A DNA stretch of 62,349 bases, the filler included, from Hausera hauseri (lineage: Eukaryota): the NCBI GenBank assembly GCA_046269625.1. It is 11 parts of 11 records of this genome, joined end to end, with 100 filler letters (N's around TTAATTAATTAA, not from the genome) between each part and the next. Parts side by side here need not be neighbours in the genome. Positions count along the whole stretch, not along the records: positions 49,213 to 55,179 come from JBJURY010161199.1; positions 55,280 to 62,349 come from JBJURY010039888.1; 9 more parts are not named here. One strand, given 5' to 3'. Each line of letters opens with the position of its first letter. The first letter of the stretch is position 1. Positions 50,242-62,349 of the stretch are shown one piece after another. A program made the position numbers and the translations under genes. The notes beneath the pieces were generated by a model. That model had not been told where the DNA came from, did not search any database, and worked only from the letters and a program-made list of their open reading frames with translations.

Positions 50242-51594
50242 TAGGCTTTAATTTTGTAATTTTCGTAAAGCTTTTGAATTCAGAATATTTTGAAACTAAA
50301 GAATTGATGTTGCTTATACAATCGATTTTTATACAAGCCTTTATAATTTTCCGTCAATGTTTTATTAAATTTTGCGTCGAGTCGTACGCAATTCTCTTGT
50401 GATTATAACAAGTTTTCCGTATCACGCTTTATCATGATTGTGAATCCTTGACATTTACATGTTCTATACTTCTCATAATTGGCTAATTGAAGTGAAACTG
50501 ACCTTTAATAATTGGAGTAATTAATATCATTCGAATTTGTTTCGGTTTTGAAGTATTGTACTGGAAATTCAAGTGTTAATAATTTAACAGAAATATACAA
50601 TTTAACTTTTCCGATACCGAAACTCTTGATTCCAAAGGGATGCTTTTTGTATCCCAGTAATATTGGACAAAAAGCAAAATATTTTGAATCCTTAGTGAAT
50701 AATTATTAAAATGTCAAAATTGCTTAAAGTAATTTTTATCCAAAATAAAGGTTGTTTTTAGCAACAATTTCCTATGCATTTTTGAGTGACATACAGAACG
50801 TTCTACCTCTAATACGATATATTCTCATATGCGCGTATGATGATAGTCATTGGTAAACACGGAACCAATAGAAAAATTTGCAAAAAATTTTTTTATAAAT
50901 ACCTATTACTGTTTAATTATGTTTTGAACAATGTAATTGGTACCATAACTTTTATTTTGTATAATTAGATATGATAATACTGTGGGGTATTTTTTGCACC
51001 CATTTAGTAATTGGAAGGTTAAAAGTCTTTCACAAATTTTGCAGAAATGAAAATCAATTTCAAAACACTGAAAAACAATTTCATAAAAATTGAAATAAAT
51101 ACAGTGTTTCAAAAAAATGGGCAAACTTAAAAAAAGGTATTTTAAAAATATAAAAATAAGAAATATTTAAAAATACTAAATGAATAAAAACGGATTTAAA
51201 TTTTAAAAGTTGATTACAAAAATGACAAAAATCAATAACAATATATCAACAACAACAACAACAATTGCAATTTTTAAAATATCTTGATTAATTTTGCCCC
51301 ATTTTTTGAAATATTTATTTATTGGAAATTTATTATATTTGAAAAACTTCAATTAACTAATAAATTAGAAGATGGCTAGGGTAAATTTGAATTTTATAGT
51401 TATCTGATTTTTATGTGGTTCTAAATTAGTTAGTTTTCTACAAGCTTCCATAAGATTTCCTTCAATTATAATTGTATAACAATTTTGTAAATGATTATTA
51501 AATATATTTATGGAATTTTGAAAAGGATATGATACTTTCTTATTACATTAACAAGAACCGGACTTTACTGCTAGTTGGAGTTTTACAAGGTCTA

Positions 51595-52136
51595 CTGGTC
51601 TACAAGTACAAAATTTTATGCTAATTAATAATACGAAAAAATGTTGCAAAAGCTAAGATATGGGCTTCCAAATGTCATTTTAAACTTTAATTTTCCACCT
51701 AACAATCAGAAGAATTTTGATATTTCATAAAATTTGTCTTTTCTTTTTAACTAATATTTTATTAAAATCTGATTTCCATTTTTGTTTATGTTATGTCAAA
51801 ATACAATTTATTTGTCTAATTATCAGTTACATCAATATTTCTTCCTGCTGTATAAATTAGCTTTGCACATGAGAGATGACATGTTATGAGCCAAATATTA
51901 GATGGATATTTATTATGTCGACAAAATGTCAAAAAAGCAATTAGTCAAATATTATTGGTTGAAAAAAGTGATGAAAATTTTTGTTTAATCATAAAATTCT
52001 TTTGTATATTTGGGGGAAATTTGAAAAAGTTCGAAATGATGTTACATTTAGAAGTCCTTATTGCATAATCTTAGCTTTGGTTGCAAACATTTTTTGTATC
52101 ATTAATTACCATAAAATTTTGTACTTGTAGAACCTG
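51595..52136. mobile_element. MITE with long TIRs and TA flanks
   Basis: TA-CTGGTCTACAAGTACAAAATTTTATG ... CATAAAATTTTGTACTTGTAGAACCTG-TA. Confidence 0.75.
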
Positions 52137-52496
52137 TATAACTTGTAAAATTCTGTTCATTGTAAGAATCAAATTTCAAACTTTGTAAATTTTCCGTAAT
52201 TCAATTCAAAAATATTTCTGAGTTTAACTGAAATATTTGATAACCATTGGGTGATTAAGTAATTTTTTGGCATATTTGTATAGTGCAGTTTTGTTTCTAA
52301 TAGTTATTGAATTATTGATTGGACTTGATTACTCACTATTAGAAAACATTTGTAATCGAATCAAAGGTTATTGGTGTTGAATGGAACAAAAATTATGGAA
52401 TATAACTTGTGATACAGATGGAAATTTTGTGATATAACACTTTTTCATTATCTTTATAACTTAGAATTTTCTTTACAAATGTAATATCTTCTGCAG

Positions 52497-53315
52497 TAAA
52501 TCTGCCAGAAATTTCAATGAGACAATGTGCAAAGCAGCAAAAGTTACGATTGCCGAAGTGGAAGAAGTTGTAGAAACTGGTCAATTAGATCCCGATCAAA
52601 TTCACGTTCCTGGAATTTATGTTCATCGTCTATTGACCGGTGTTAAGCATAAGAAACGCATTGAACGGACAACATTGAGGAGCACCGAACCAAAGGTCGA
52701 AAAGGAAACAGACGAGAAGAAAAAGTATGCATTTTAATCGTAGTACTAGAAATGGAAATAAAGGTCGTTAGAAAAAAGTCAGTCGAACGGGAGCGAATAA
52801 TTCGGCGCGCTGCCCTGGAGTTACAAGATGGTATGTACATAAATTTAGGAATTGGCATGCCGATGCTTTTGCCGAGTTTCATTCCAAAGGGTATCAATGT
52901 TACGATGCAAACGGAAAATGGTGTTCTTGGAGTTGGACCTTATCCGACTCTTGAGGAAATTGATCCTGACATCATAAATCCCGGGAAAGAAACTGTAACA
53001 GTTTCGCCTGGTGCTTCGTTTTTTTCATCTGATGAGAGCTTTGCTATGATTAGAGGGTAATACAATAATGATTTTTTTAATATGATAATTGTCTATTTTT
53101 ATAAATTATGAAGAGCAGTTGCTAAGGCAATTCTGATAAAATGGGACAAACCTGTTTTGAATATTTAGAACAAATTGCTCAAATTATTTTAGTAAAAAGA
53201 AAAAAAAATATTATTTTCAACTATACTTTCTTCGTTTAGCGGTCACCTTGATGTAGCAGTCCTAGGATCTATGCAAGTATCCAGATTTGGTGACTTGGCC
53301 AATTGGTTGATACCA
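52497..53315 (+). CDS. OXCT1: Succinyl-CoA:3-ketoacid CoA transferase (SCOT), internal exons 52497-52724, 52772-53056, 53240-53315; partial
   Basis: [48 protein letters not shown] (catalytic Glu motif)..[38 protein letters not shown]; phase-consistent GT-AG introns. Confidence 0.95.
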
Positions 53316-54370
53316 GTTAGTATACTCCATTATCTTTATTTTGTATTCATATTATTTTAAAGTAGATTTTTATAAACAATGTCGCAGTTTTGTGAAGAAT
53401 TATAAAATTTCAGAACTGCAATTTATTATTTTACTTCTATATCATTCGTTGGGTTATTTGATTAATTTATCATGATTATTCACCACCTTTGCTACCATAT
53501 ATTTTTACAAAGTTACATTCATGGTGCGTTTATAAATACAATCTGACTGTTATGCTTTTCGAGCTCAGTTTTCCCCGTGACCTTTGTAGTAATGTTAAAG
53601 ATTTCACTTAGTTGTTTCATAATATTGCGATTTACCTGGTAAACCTTATATCTAACATATCGGCCTTCTATATTTCTCGCGGCAGCATCTTGAATTCTGA
53701 TAAAAACTAGAGCAGGAAAAGTGGTACACGAGATGAACTCTTTGCTTTTAGGAATTTAGATTGGAGGATGCTTTTTATTTTTATCAAAGTACTTTTACCA
53801 TGTCAATTTTTCTTTGATTATATTTATCATATGACATAATAATATCTCGTTATTGATTTTGTTGACCAATCTTACTTAAAATGAACACTGAAAAACTCCA
53901 ACACATCAAGTTTGCCACAACGTTCATTGTGATTTATTAAAAATATGGCTAAAATTTTAGTTGTGGTAATTCAATTAATCAACAGATAATTTAAATATAG
54001 AAACTAGAATATTTTTAATATTTACTAAATTGTGATCAACAAATATTTTCCGATCCTAAAAAGTTTGTGAGATTTTTTTACACTTTAATAAAAATTTGTG
54101 GGTTTGGAAGGGCTTTGGTGGTTACAATTTAGTAAATGTTTAAAATATTCTAATTTCGAAATTTAAATTTTCTATTGATTAAATGATTTATCACGTCTAA
54201 AATTTTTGTCATATTTTCAGTCAATCAAGTTTGTCGTAGTTTTTGAGTTTTCTTGTTAAGAACTATTGTAAGGTAGTTTTTGGTGGTACACCATTAACAC
54301 CACAAATGCGTTTCAACGAAACCGCACCGTCAAAATCAAACATGACATAATCACATTGAGAACTTTAATA

Positions 54371-54591
54371 CTGGGTGTGTGTCAATTAACGTCCGCGGGA
54401 AAATAAAAAATTTAAATTTATACTTGTATTTCATTAAATTCAGTTGCAATAAATTACGCTGTAAAGCAGATTGGTCCATAGACCATGGTCTACTTTACAA
54501 CAACACAACTTATTGCAACTGGATTTAATGAAATACGCGTATAAATTTAAATTATTTATTTTCCCGCTGGCGTTAATTTACAGACACCCTG
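54371..54591. mobile_element. Tc1/mariner-type MITE, almost fully palindromic, TA TSD
   Basis: TA-CTGGGTGTGTGTCAATTAACG ... CGTTAATTTACAGACACCCTG-TA; arms pair over ~90 bp. Confidence 0.85.
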
Positions 54592-55279
54592 TACATTTAT
54601 ATTCCCTATGGTAAAAACGAAATTTGAGACGTTATTCTATGGTAATTATTTATCAATTATTTTGTTTACGATAATAATGTAAATTGTTTGCTCAAAGTTT
54701 CTAATAATTTGAACTTTCTTAAAGCCAAACGTAGAAACATTTTGTCGTCCAAATTGAATTTTAATACTATTTACTATTCGTAACAACATGCGCAATAATT
54801 AAGGTTACCGACATTTCATTTCTGACAAGGGAACGCACCCGCTGGTAGCCAGGTTTTTAGTTGCCACCTTTTCAGGACTATACTATTTTTGATGCTGATT
54901 GTGAATATGAAAATTTTTTTGCAATGGCGCCATGATTGTTTTGAAAAAATTAAATTTCATAAATTCGCACAAACTTGAAAGCGTTTGTTTAAATATTACA
55001 ATTTAAATTATAAACTGCAATTTATTTACATTTTGTGATATTGACAATGGATAGATTTTTCGATATAATTATTTTTTAGATTAATGTTCATATAATGTTT
55101 TTAATGTTGTTTGTGTAGATATACCATTTTATATCTTCGACTGGTAGAGTTACTGCTGATGTTAAAAGTTCCTTTGTAANNNNNNNNNNNNNNNNNNNNN
55201 NNNNNNNNNNNNNNNNNNNNNNNTTAATTAATTAANNNNNNNNNNNNNNNNNNNNNNNNNNNNNNNNNNNNNNNNNNNN

Positions 55280-56878
55280 ACCAACACTTGCAGAAATTCC
55301 CTGAAGCCTTAGATGACTTGTTAATGACGTTTCTTAATAAAGAAAATAATGTTCTAGAAATTAAAGAAGCAGCAAAAGAATTAGGAAGAAAAGCAGCTGA
55401 TAAATGGAGATATAATGGCACATCTCGAACTTTGTTAAAAACATTGGGACATTATTACTTAAACGATGATAGATTTTCAAATCAGAGATTAACGCTTAGA
55501 CCAGGTGTAGATTACGATCTTTGCCTGTATTAGAAATGAATCTAGACAGTCGAGTCGCCGACTTAGTGCAAGCAATTAGACTACATACCAGCAAACCGCT
55601 GAAACACCTTCAGACAGTATATCATAATAGTATTCTGGATTCCGAATAATTCATAATAAACATTGGAATGGTACCTGGTATTGTGTGGCCCGTGGAAGCA
55701 ATATCGACAAATGAATTAACCCAAGAAGAGGTCAAACGAAGAATAATAAACGGAAAAAATGACAGAAAAGGAATCCATTATGGGAATTAGAGATAATCAA
55801 GCATAAGATTAACGAAAATCTAACGAAACAAGAAGTCGTGAAACCTATAGTGAAGAAAACTTTACTCTATCTGAACAGGCAAATTGAACGAAACAGAACC
55901 ATAACAAATGGCAAATGTTTTTCTGAACAAATAATGGACTACAAAACCCCAAAATTGTACAGTGTATAAGGAAGTAAAGAAACTAGCTAGGGAAATATTC
56001 TACATAGACATCGGAAAGAACCCTATAACCCATCGTTCTCCAAAATGGAAGAAACGAGTTTACGAACAACTCAAATTTGTGAAGAATATTAAGAAAATTC
56101 ACCAGTGGAAGAATTTCTCTGTTGACGACATTGCACAGAACATTGGAGAAAAACTATCACGCATAAACCTCGAGAAAGCGATAATTTTATTTATCTCGGA
56201 TTTAAAGTGGATTTAAAAGCCACGACTGGGAAAATAATCCAAGCTAGTAAATCAATTATACCTCAATATGGAAAATGGAGTGACTTGTTTTTACGAAACG
56301 AAAATGAAAATCAATCAGAAAATGAACAGACAACATTAGAAAAGGCCTTCTTTGAAATTACACAAAACGCATCACAGGAAGAAGTTGTTCCCATTGTTAT
56401 GGAGAAAATGATAAACCAAATATAAGAGTAATTGCAGAAGGGTGACGGAATAAAATCTATTGGATTCTTCCTACAACTCATGCTATTCATCTTGGTTCTA
56501 TTCTCAAAATTTCCGAGAACAGAAACTATACTGGCTTAAGATTGTGACAAGGTTTTTGAAAGACGTTATTAGTCCTTAATGGATCTACAATCCTGACTGA
56601 ATGCACTTCGAAGGAAATTGGAAACTACAATTTAAAATTTATACATTTATTATGATAAAACCCCATTACATATAAAATGATTGGAGTGTTCACTACGTCT
56701 TTCACGAACTATTACTCACTGGTCACCTACATCATGACTCACTTATTCAGCCAACTACAATGCCAAGATATGTATCAATCAATCCACCTTACTGTAGAAA
56801 TGCAGGTGAAACCCAATAACTGCAATGGGGAGAAATTTTACTAAGTGCATTTAAGGGTCAAATAACACAACAAGAAAA
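55280..56878 (+). pseudogene. Heavily decayed polyprotein ending in the N-terminus of a glycoprotein homologous to that of contig 4
   Basis: 56459-56878 translates IGFFLQLMLFILVLFSKFPRTETILA*DCDK..Y*SLMDLQS*..RRKLET..LECSLRLSRTITH/GHLHHDSLIQPTTMP..CRNAGETQ*LQW. Confidence 0.8.
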
Positions 56879-57760
56879 GTAGGAGAAATATGGAAATCTG
56901 GCCGACCCCGGAGGTGGGTAATCGATAAATCAATTTTGCACATGCGCCAATCGATAATGAACATGGAGCACTATCGATTGGTAATGTGCCAGTCAACGGT
57001 GCAGTTAGGCATCATTGCTAAGCACATTTTTGCACATTTCACAAAACGATGGCTGCACAGTGCACTATTGATCGAATTGATCGGGACAAAGTGCTAATTG
57101 ATGTGCACATTATTGCACATTGATTGTCGCATAGTGCACGTGCACTGCACATGTTCAAGTGTGCAAAAATCAATAATATCGGATTTCCGACAATTCCAAT
57201 ATTGATGATTAGCACATGTGACCGGGTGCAATCGATTGAAAATACGGTGCGCTATACGAGTGTGCAATTAGAATTTAAATCAATCGAGTGGATTTCGAAT
57301 AATATCGACTCGAAGGTGAGGTGGGACAGACTGTCTGTAGGTTTTATTTGCCCTAAGGAGTCGAAATTCGATACAACATTTAGCGGAATTAGATAGGAAG
57401 TAGAGTATGGACATCTCGAATATTAAGTCGAATATTCCAAATTTGAACATTTTCCCCTTCGACTATCGAATATCGAACTATTCATAAAATCTAACAAGTG
57501 CATTCGATTCCCCATGTTTAAATGCACCTTGTGCCATTAAAATTATTCCATGATAAGGAATCAATATTTCTAATTAAGCAAAACGTGCAGTTAAAGCCCA
57601 GTAAAGCAAAAATTGATAAATCCTTAAGCGCGCACATATAGGATGCCATATATTCCGAATCGTATTATGGCGTCAGATATTCGAATTTGAGCTTTAAAGT
57701 CAAATATTTAGCTATTCGAACTCGAAAACTCGAAGAATCTAATGACGTCATTCGATTCGC
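56879..57760 (+). repeat. Copy of the contig-8 interspersed repeat, abutting the truncated glycoprotein relic
   Basis: Colinear similarity to 41372-42600 (for example GATCGGGACAAAGTGCTA and AAGTGTGCAAAAATCAATAATATCG). Confidence 0.8.
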
Positions 57761-58689
57761 CATATATCAGAACCTATAAATAAATTGGCGCCTAAGTGCA
57801 TTTCGTTTATTTGACGCATTAAAACAAAGTGTTCTAGAATGTTCAAAAGTTCAAAATTTAAAAAATCCATAAATGAGGCAATGTGCACAGACATGGTTAT
57901 ACGTTTCATTATTTCCAAAATCACTTCCACGAATGGTGAGATTTTTATTTGTGATCCTCAAATAATTGATTTTTACATGTACAATATATACAAAGAGGGC
58001 TTGTCTCAAATCCACGAGCATGAAAATCGTCACAACATTATGAAGAAATATTTCAGCCATCTTTACAACAGGGCTGAGTATTATATATGCCCTACATGTG
58101 AGGTAGTGTGCCAAACCAATTATGAGGATTTTTACGATGCCAATAAACAACACCTGATTTCCTTCACCAAGTCGAAAAAACAAATATTCAGTACCACTAT
58201 GCCAATAATGGCTTCCATGCCTAAGCCAAATCAAAGATGCAGCTCATATGTGTATTCAATAGGATCCTCTATTATATTTTCCCATGATGTGAGGCTGTAT
58301 GTGATGGAGAATACATGCAGTTTTACGAAGATCATATTGCCCATTTAACAGATTTCAAATCAAAGTCAAAGAAGATCATCTTTAATGAGCAGCAGCCTGC
58401 TTCGGCAGCAAGGCCCGATGCAGGACTAAAACGCATAGCAGCAGCAGCAGCAGATGATCCATCAAAAAGCCAGTTGATGCGGCAGCATTAAAGAGGAAAG
58501 TCCGCAGATATGTTATTGATGCAAGTGGTCAAACAACTCTCCAAGATTTCCTCTTATACTCAAAGGAAAAGACAGAGGGAATTCTCCAGGACAACGTGGA
58601 TGAGCTCAAAGCCGCATTTATCAATGTTGATGGCGAAGAATCCAATAGGGCCTTTAAGACCAAAAATAGCCCCATATTGAAAAACACCA

Positions 58690-61517
58690 ATATAGTAGAA
58701 TGACTGCAATAGGCGCATGAAAATTTGATACGTGAAGCCGAGGCGAGCCAGGATAAGAAGAGAGGATGGACTCTGACAACCATCAAGAGACTTATTATGT
58801 ATGTGTACAAGTACTCCTCCATGCTGGGCAGTTCATATATTCAGCTTCAATAATAGATCATTAATAAAAAATAATGCATCAGTGTCAATAATAGCGATAA
58901 CATGTGTTTCATGTATGTTATTCTATCAAAAATCGTAACGGATGAAAAGCATGCTTACCGTGTTTCACTATATCAGAACGTCCAGCACAATTATGATGTA
59001 TTCCAATGTATTACGTTCCCTCCATCCATAGATGAAGTCAAAAATTAGGAAAAGTCAACATGTCCATCAATATCTTTGGGTCGGATGATGAGAACAAATT
59101 CTATCCCCTGCAGATATGTGATGTTGAATTGAAAGATCATAGGGATATTATGTTTGGACCAAAGTCAGATCACAAATTACAAAACATCATGGACAAATAG
59201 AAATATGCAAACGTTGCTTCTCCCAATTCAATAGCGATGTAGTAGTATTAAAACTTGCAGAGCAGATGTGCTGCAACAACAATTATTGTATCAGGTCAGA
59301 ATTTCCCAAGGGGGATTACATTGAATTCAAGGAGTTCAAGAAGATCAATGTCCTAATAGTTATCTATTTGAGACTATTCTGCGTCCAGTTCAGAGATATA
59401 GCCCAAATCCACAATACGGCAGGACAACGACATACAAATATCATGGACTCTCATCATATTGTATGTATGCCAAAGGACTGGACAGTGAACCATATATATT
59501 CAGGGGTCCAGGCGTAGCAGTTCATTTCATGATGGGACTTGAAGATATGGTTCATAGGCTTGGAGATATGCTGCAGCGGCATAAGGATAACATGAGCATG
59601 TCGAAGCAACAAGAAGAAGAATGGCACAAGCCAACAGCATGTTACTTGTGTGACAAGTCCTTCACAGCGGAGAATCATAAAGTCAGGAATCATTGCTATT
59701 TTACATGCAAATATCGAGGCGCGGCATGGAACAACTGCAATCTATGCTGCAGAACATGTACATATGTGTCTGTAGTTTTCCATTATCTCAGTGGCTATAA
59801 CTCACACTTCATTGTGAAGAACCCGCCTGTAGAAGAAGTCAAGGAGACGAAGTGGTTATTGCCCACGACATTTGACTTAGTCAAAAGGAAAGGCCTGTTT
59901 CCCTATGACTATGTAACATCATGGGAAACACTAGATCAAGCCTCATTGCCGGCCAAGAAGGACTTTTACAATATCCTCTCAGACAGCGCTATCAGTGATG
60001 AATACTGCCAGCATGTGCATGCATTCCAATGCTGGACATTAGGAGAATATAGCGACATACACTTTAATATGGACGTGATGCTGCTGATGGATGTCTTTGA
60101 AAGTTTCAGGAATGTTACGATGACGAGCCACGCATTGGATCCGGCTCATTTATTTACGGCTCCAGGGCTGAGTTTGACATCAATGCTGCGCTATGCAGAT
60201 GTCCGGCTGCAGATCATAAAGGAATATGACATAATCCTCACGATCTAGAGAGGCATTAGAGCAGGAATATGCCAGGCCATTCAACGGTATAGCGAGGCCA
60301 ACAACAAGTATATGGCCCAGTATGATCCATCCAAGGCATCCTTGTATATATCATATGTGGATGCCAACAATTTGTATGGATGGGCAATAAGCCCCCCATT
60401 GCCATATGATGACTTCAAGTGGGTCGAGCATCCTGAAAACATCTCTATAGTGGACCTAGATCCCAGTGGAGATACGGGCTACATATTGGAGGCGGATATG
60501 CAATATCCGGCATCCATCCAAGCGAGGCATCAACAGCTGCCTTTCCTCCCTGAGAGCAAGCCACCGCCCATGGAAAGCATAGAAAGCTGCTCTGCCATCT
60601 GGATTGTAGGGAGAGGTGTGTAGTCCACTACATAAATCTCCAGCAGGTGTCAGGAATAGACTCCGCATCACTAAGATCCATAGGCCCTACAGTTCAGCCA
60701 GTCCATATAGCTGCAGCCGTACATAGATCTCAATACGAAGCTGCGGACAAATGCCAAGAACGACCAGTTGAAGCTTTACAACAAGAGCGTTTTTAGCAAG
60801 ACCATGGAGAATATCTGCAACTAGATTAACATCGAACTGGTCTGTGAGTGGCAGCGGGCAAAGAAGTTCATTATCAAGCCCAACTTTCAAAGCAGAACCA
60901 TGTATGCTGAGAACTTGGTCAGCGTCCATATGCTGAAAAAATCCTTGGAATTCAGTAAACCCATATATGTGGGTATGGCAATACTATACAAATTTCACTA
61001 TGACATCACGGTCCCCGCATTCAAGTCCATACAGGTGATGTATATGGATACTGATAGTGTCATCTATCAGATCCATACGGAGGACATTTATGAGGATTTT
61101 GCTAAGTTGGTACAGCATATAGATACGTCTGAGTATCTGAAAGAGCATCCCAACTATTCAAATACCAACAAGAAAGTCCTTGGGAAAATCAAAGACAAGG
61201 TTAATGGGGCAATTATCTCGAGATCTGTAGATCTTAGGTCCAAAATATATGCAAGTGATGTATGTGGCCAAGTAAAGAAGTGTGCGAAAGGGGTTCAAAG
61301 GGTGACCTTAGCCAAGAATATCAGCTTCGATGACTTTGTTGGTGTTCTGCATGAGCCGACTCACATCATATCCGAAATGCGAAAGATCCAGTCTAGGGCT
61401 CATACCATTGAGAGAGTAACACTACAGAAGAAAAGCCTAGATTGGATGGATGACAAGAGGCAGAACTTGGGTGATGGAATAAGCACACTACATCATGGGC
61501 ATGTTTCATTAATGTAA
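58690..61517 (+). pseudogene. Second decayed protein-primed family B DNA polymerase (Polinton/adintovirus type)
   Basis: GWTL, GSSYIQL, NSDNMCFMY, VRNHCYFTCKYRGAAWNNCNL, FHYLSGYNSH, RKGLFPYDY, DVMLLMDVFESFR, YVDANNLYGWA, KTMEN, YMDTDS, KKVLGKIKD, AKGV, DDKR. Confidence 0.92.
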
Positions 61518-62349
61518 ATATCTTTGTATTTGTTATGACGTGTTGCATTTATTGTACTGATAAAATCTTATAAAAATATCGTGTTGTCTCCTTGATCAAG
61601 TAATGTGAAATATATGATAAGGCCAAGTAAAATTATATAAGACAAGTAAATATATTAATCAGTAAATCAATACATTTTCATTACTTGTATTAATCCATCA
61701 TTATTTTAAAATCAAGATGTATAAAACAAATAAAAACACACGGTAAAAACTATATTTCTGTACACTGTCAAACTAAAAATCAGTCATGAAACCAAACTCA
61801 AGAGATAGGATTTTTTCACTTCTTGCCAAGAAATCATTTACATTTCATCCGTGTGACCAGAGGCCATGGCCAGATCTATTCCATTATAAAACAAGATTTG
61901 ACTTCTTCCTGACAATAAGTAGTGTTTTCTGTTCTGACTTTGACTCCAAGCTATATTTTTCATCACATTAGTTTAATGGGATTTCAGCCGACCCACACTC
62001 TGTTTCTGCACTGGCAGCATTGCTGTTGGCAAATTAGGATGAACACATTGTTCCTTTGCTTTGGGCCTGAAATACAAATGTGTTAGAAAAATGCAGGATG
62101 TCCTAACTTTTTCATAGGAATAAATATATTTCATTGTATATTTAATTTTAACTATATCAGTTCCGCAAAGAATTCAAAATTCTGCCAATAATGCCTGTTT
62201 TTAAAATCGGCTGAGGCTGCAATGTTGTATAACTGTAGGATTTATGAAATAGAAACAATTAGGGGATTTATGCTATTCTGTGCCCAAGTAAAAAAGGCAA
62301 ATTACTAATCACACAAAAGTGTAAGAGCTGAAATAAGCACCTTTAAATC

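Noticed and set aside
52525-53060. Two ORFs resembling bacterial scoA/scoB subunits
   Set aside because: They are joined by a phase-consistent 47-nt GT-AG intron, so this is the eukaryotic single-chain SCOT.

Overview
This is not one continuous locus. It is 11 short eukaryotic (animal) contigs joined by an artificial 100-bp spacer (44 N + TTAATTAATTAA + 44 N): 1-5372, 5473-10860, 10961-16684, 16785-24189, 24290-28872, 28973-33655, 33756-39724, 39825-43860, 43961-49112, 49213-55179, 55280-62349. Content is mostly mobile DNA: a decayed hAT (hATm-type) transposon, an intact Jockey-type LINE, two decayed protein-primed PolB genes (Polinton/adintovirus type), a mariner remnant, several Ty3/Gypsy elements, MITEs and one fish-like contig with LTRs. 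Three intron-containing host genes are present (SLC38-type transporter exons, OXCT1/SCOT exons, a signal-peptide-bearing inositol 5-phosphatase-like gene). The most striking signal is a set of cargo-laden Gypsy polyproteins. (i) Contig 4 holds a decayed polyprotein ordered coiled-coil / LRR motif / ubiquitin-like / AT-hook / chuvirus-like fusion glycoprotein / TM / PTAP and LYPxxxL late-domain motifs / protease / integrase, so the envelope precedes Pol; a diverged homologue of its glycoprotein lies in contig 11. (ii) Contig 7 holds an uninterrupted 1701-aa ORF in which RT-RNaseH-integrase runs in frame into a receptor-like type I membrane protein and a catalytically dead REX4/ISG20-like exonuclease, followed by an LTR and then a primer-binding site. 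All domain calls are by-eye motif recognition; no searches were run. A flatworm/planarian-like host for the AT-rich contigs is only an inference.
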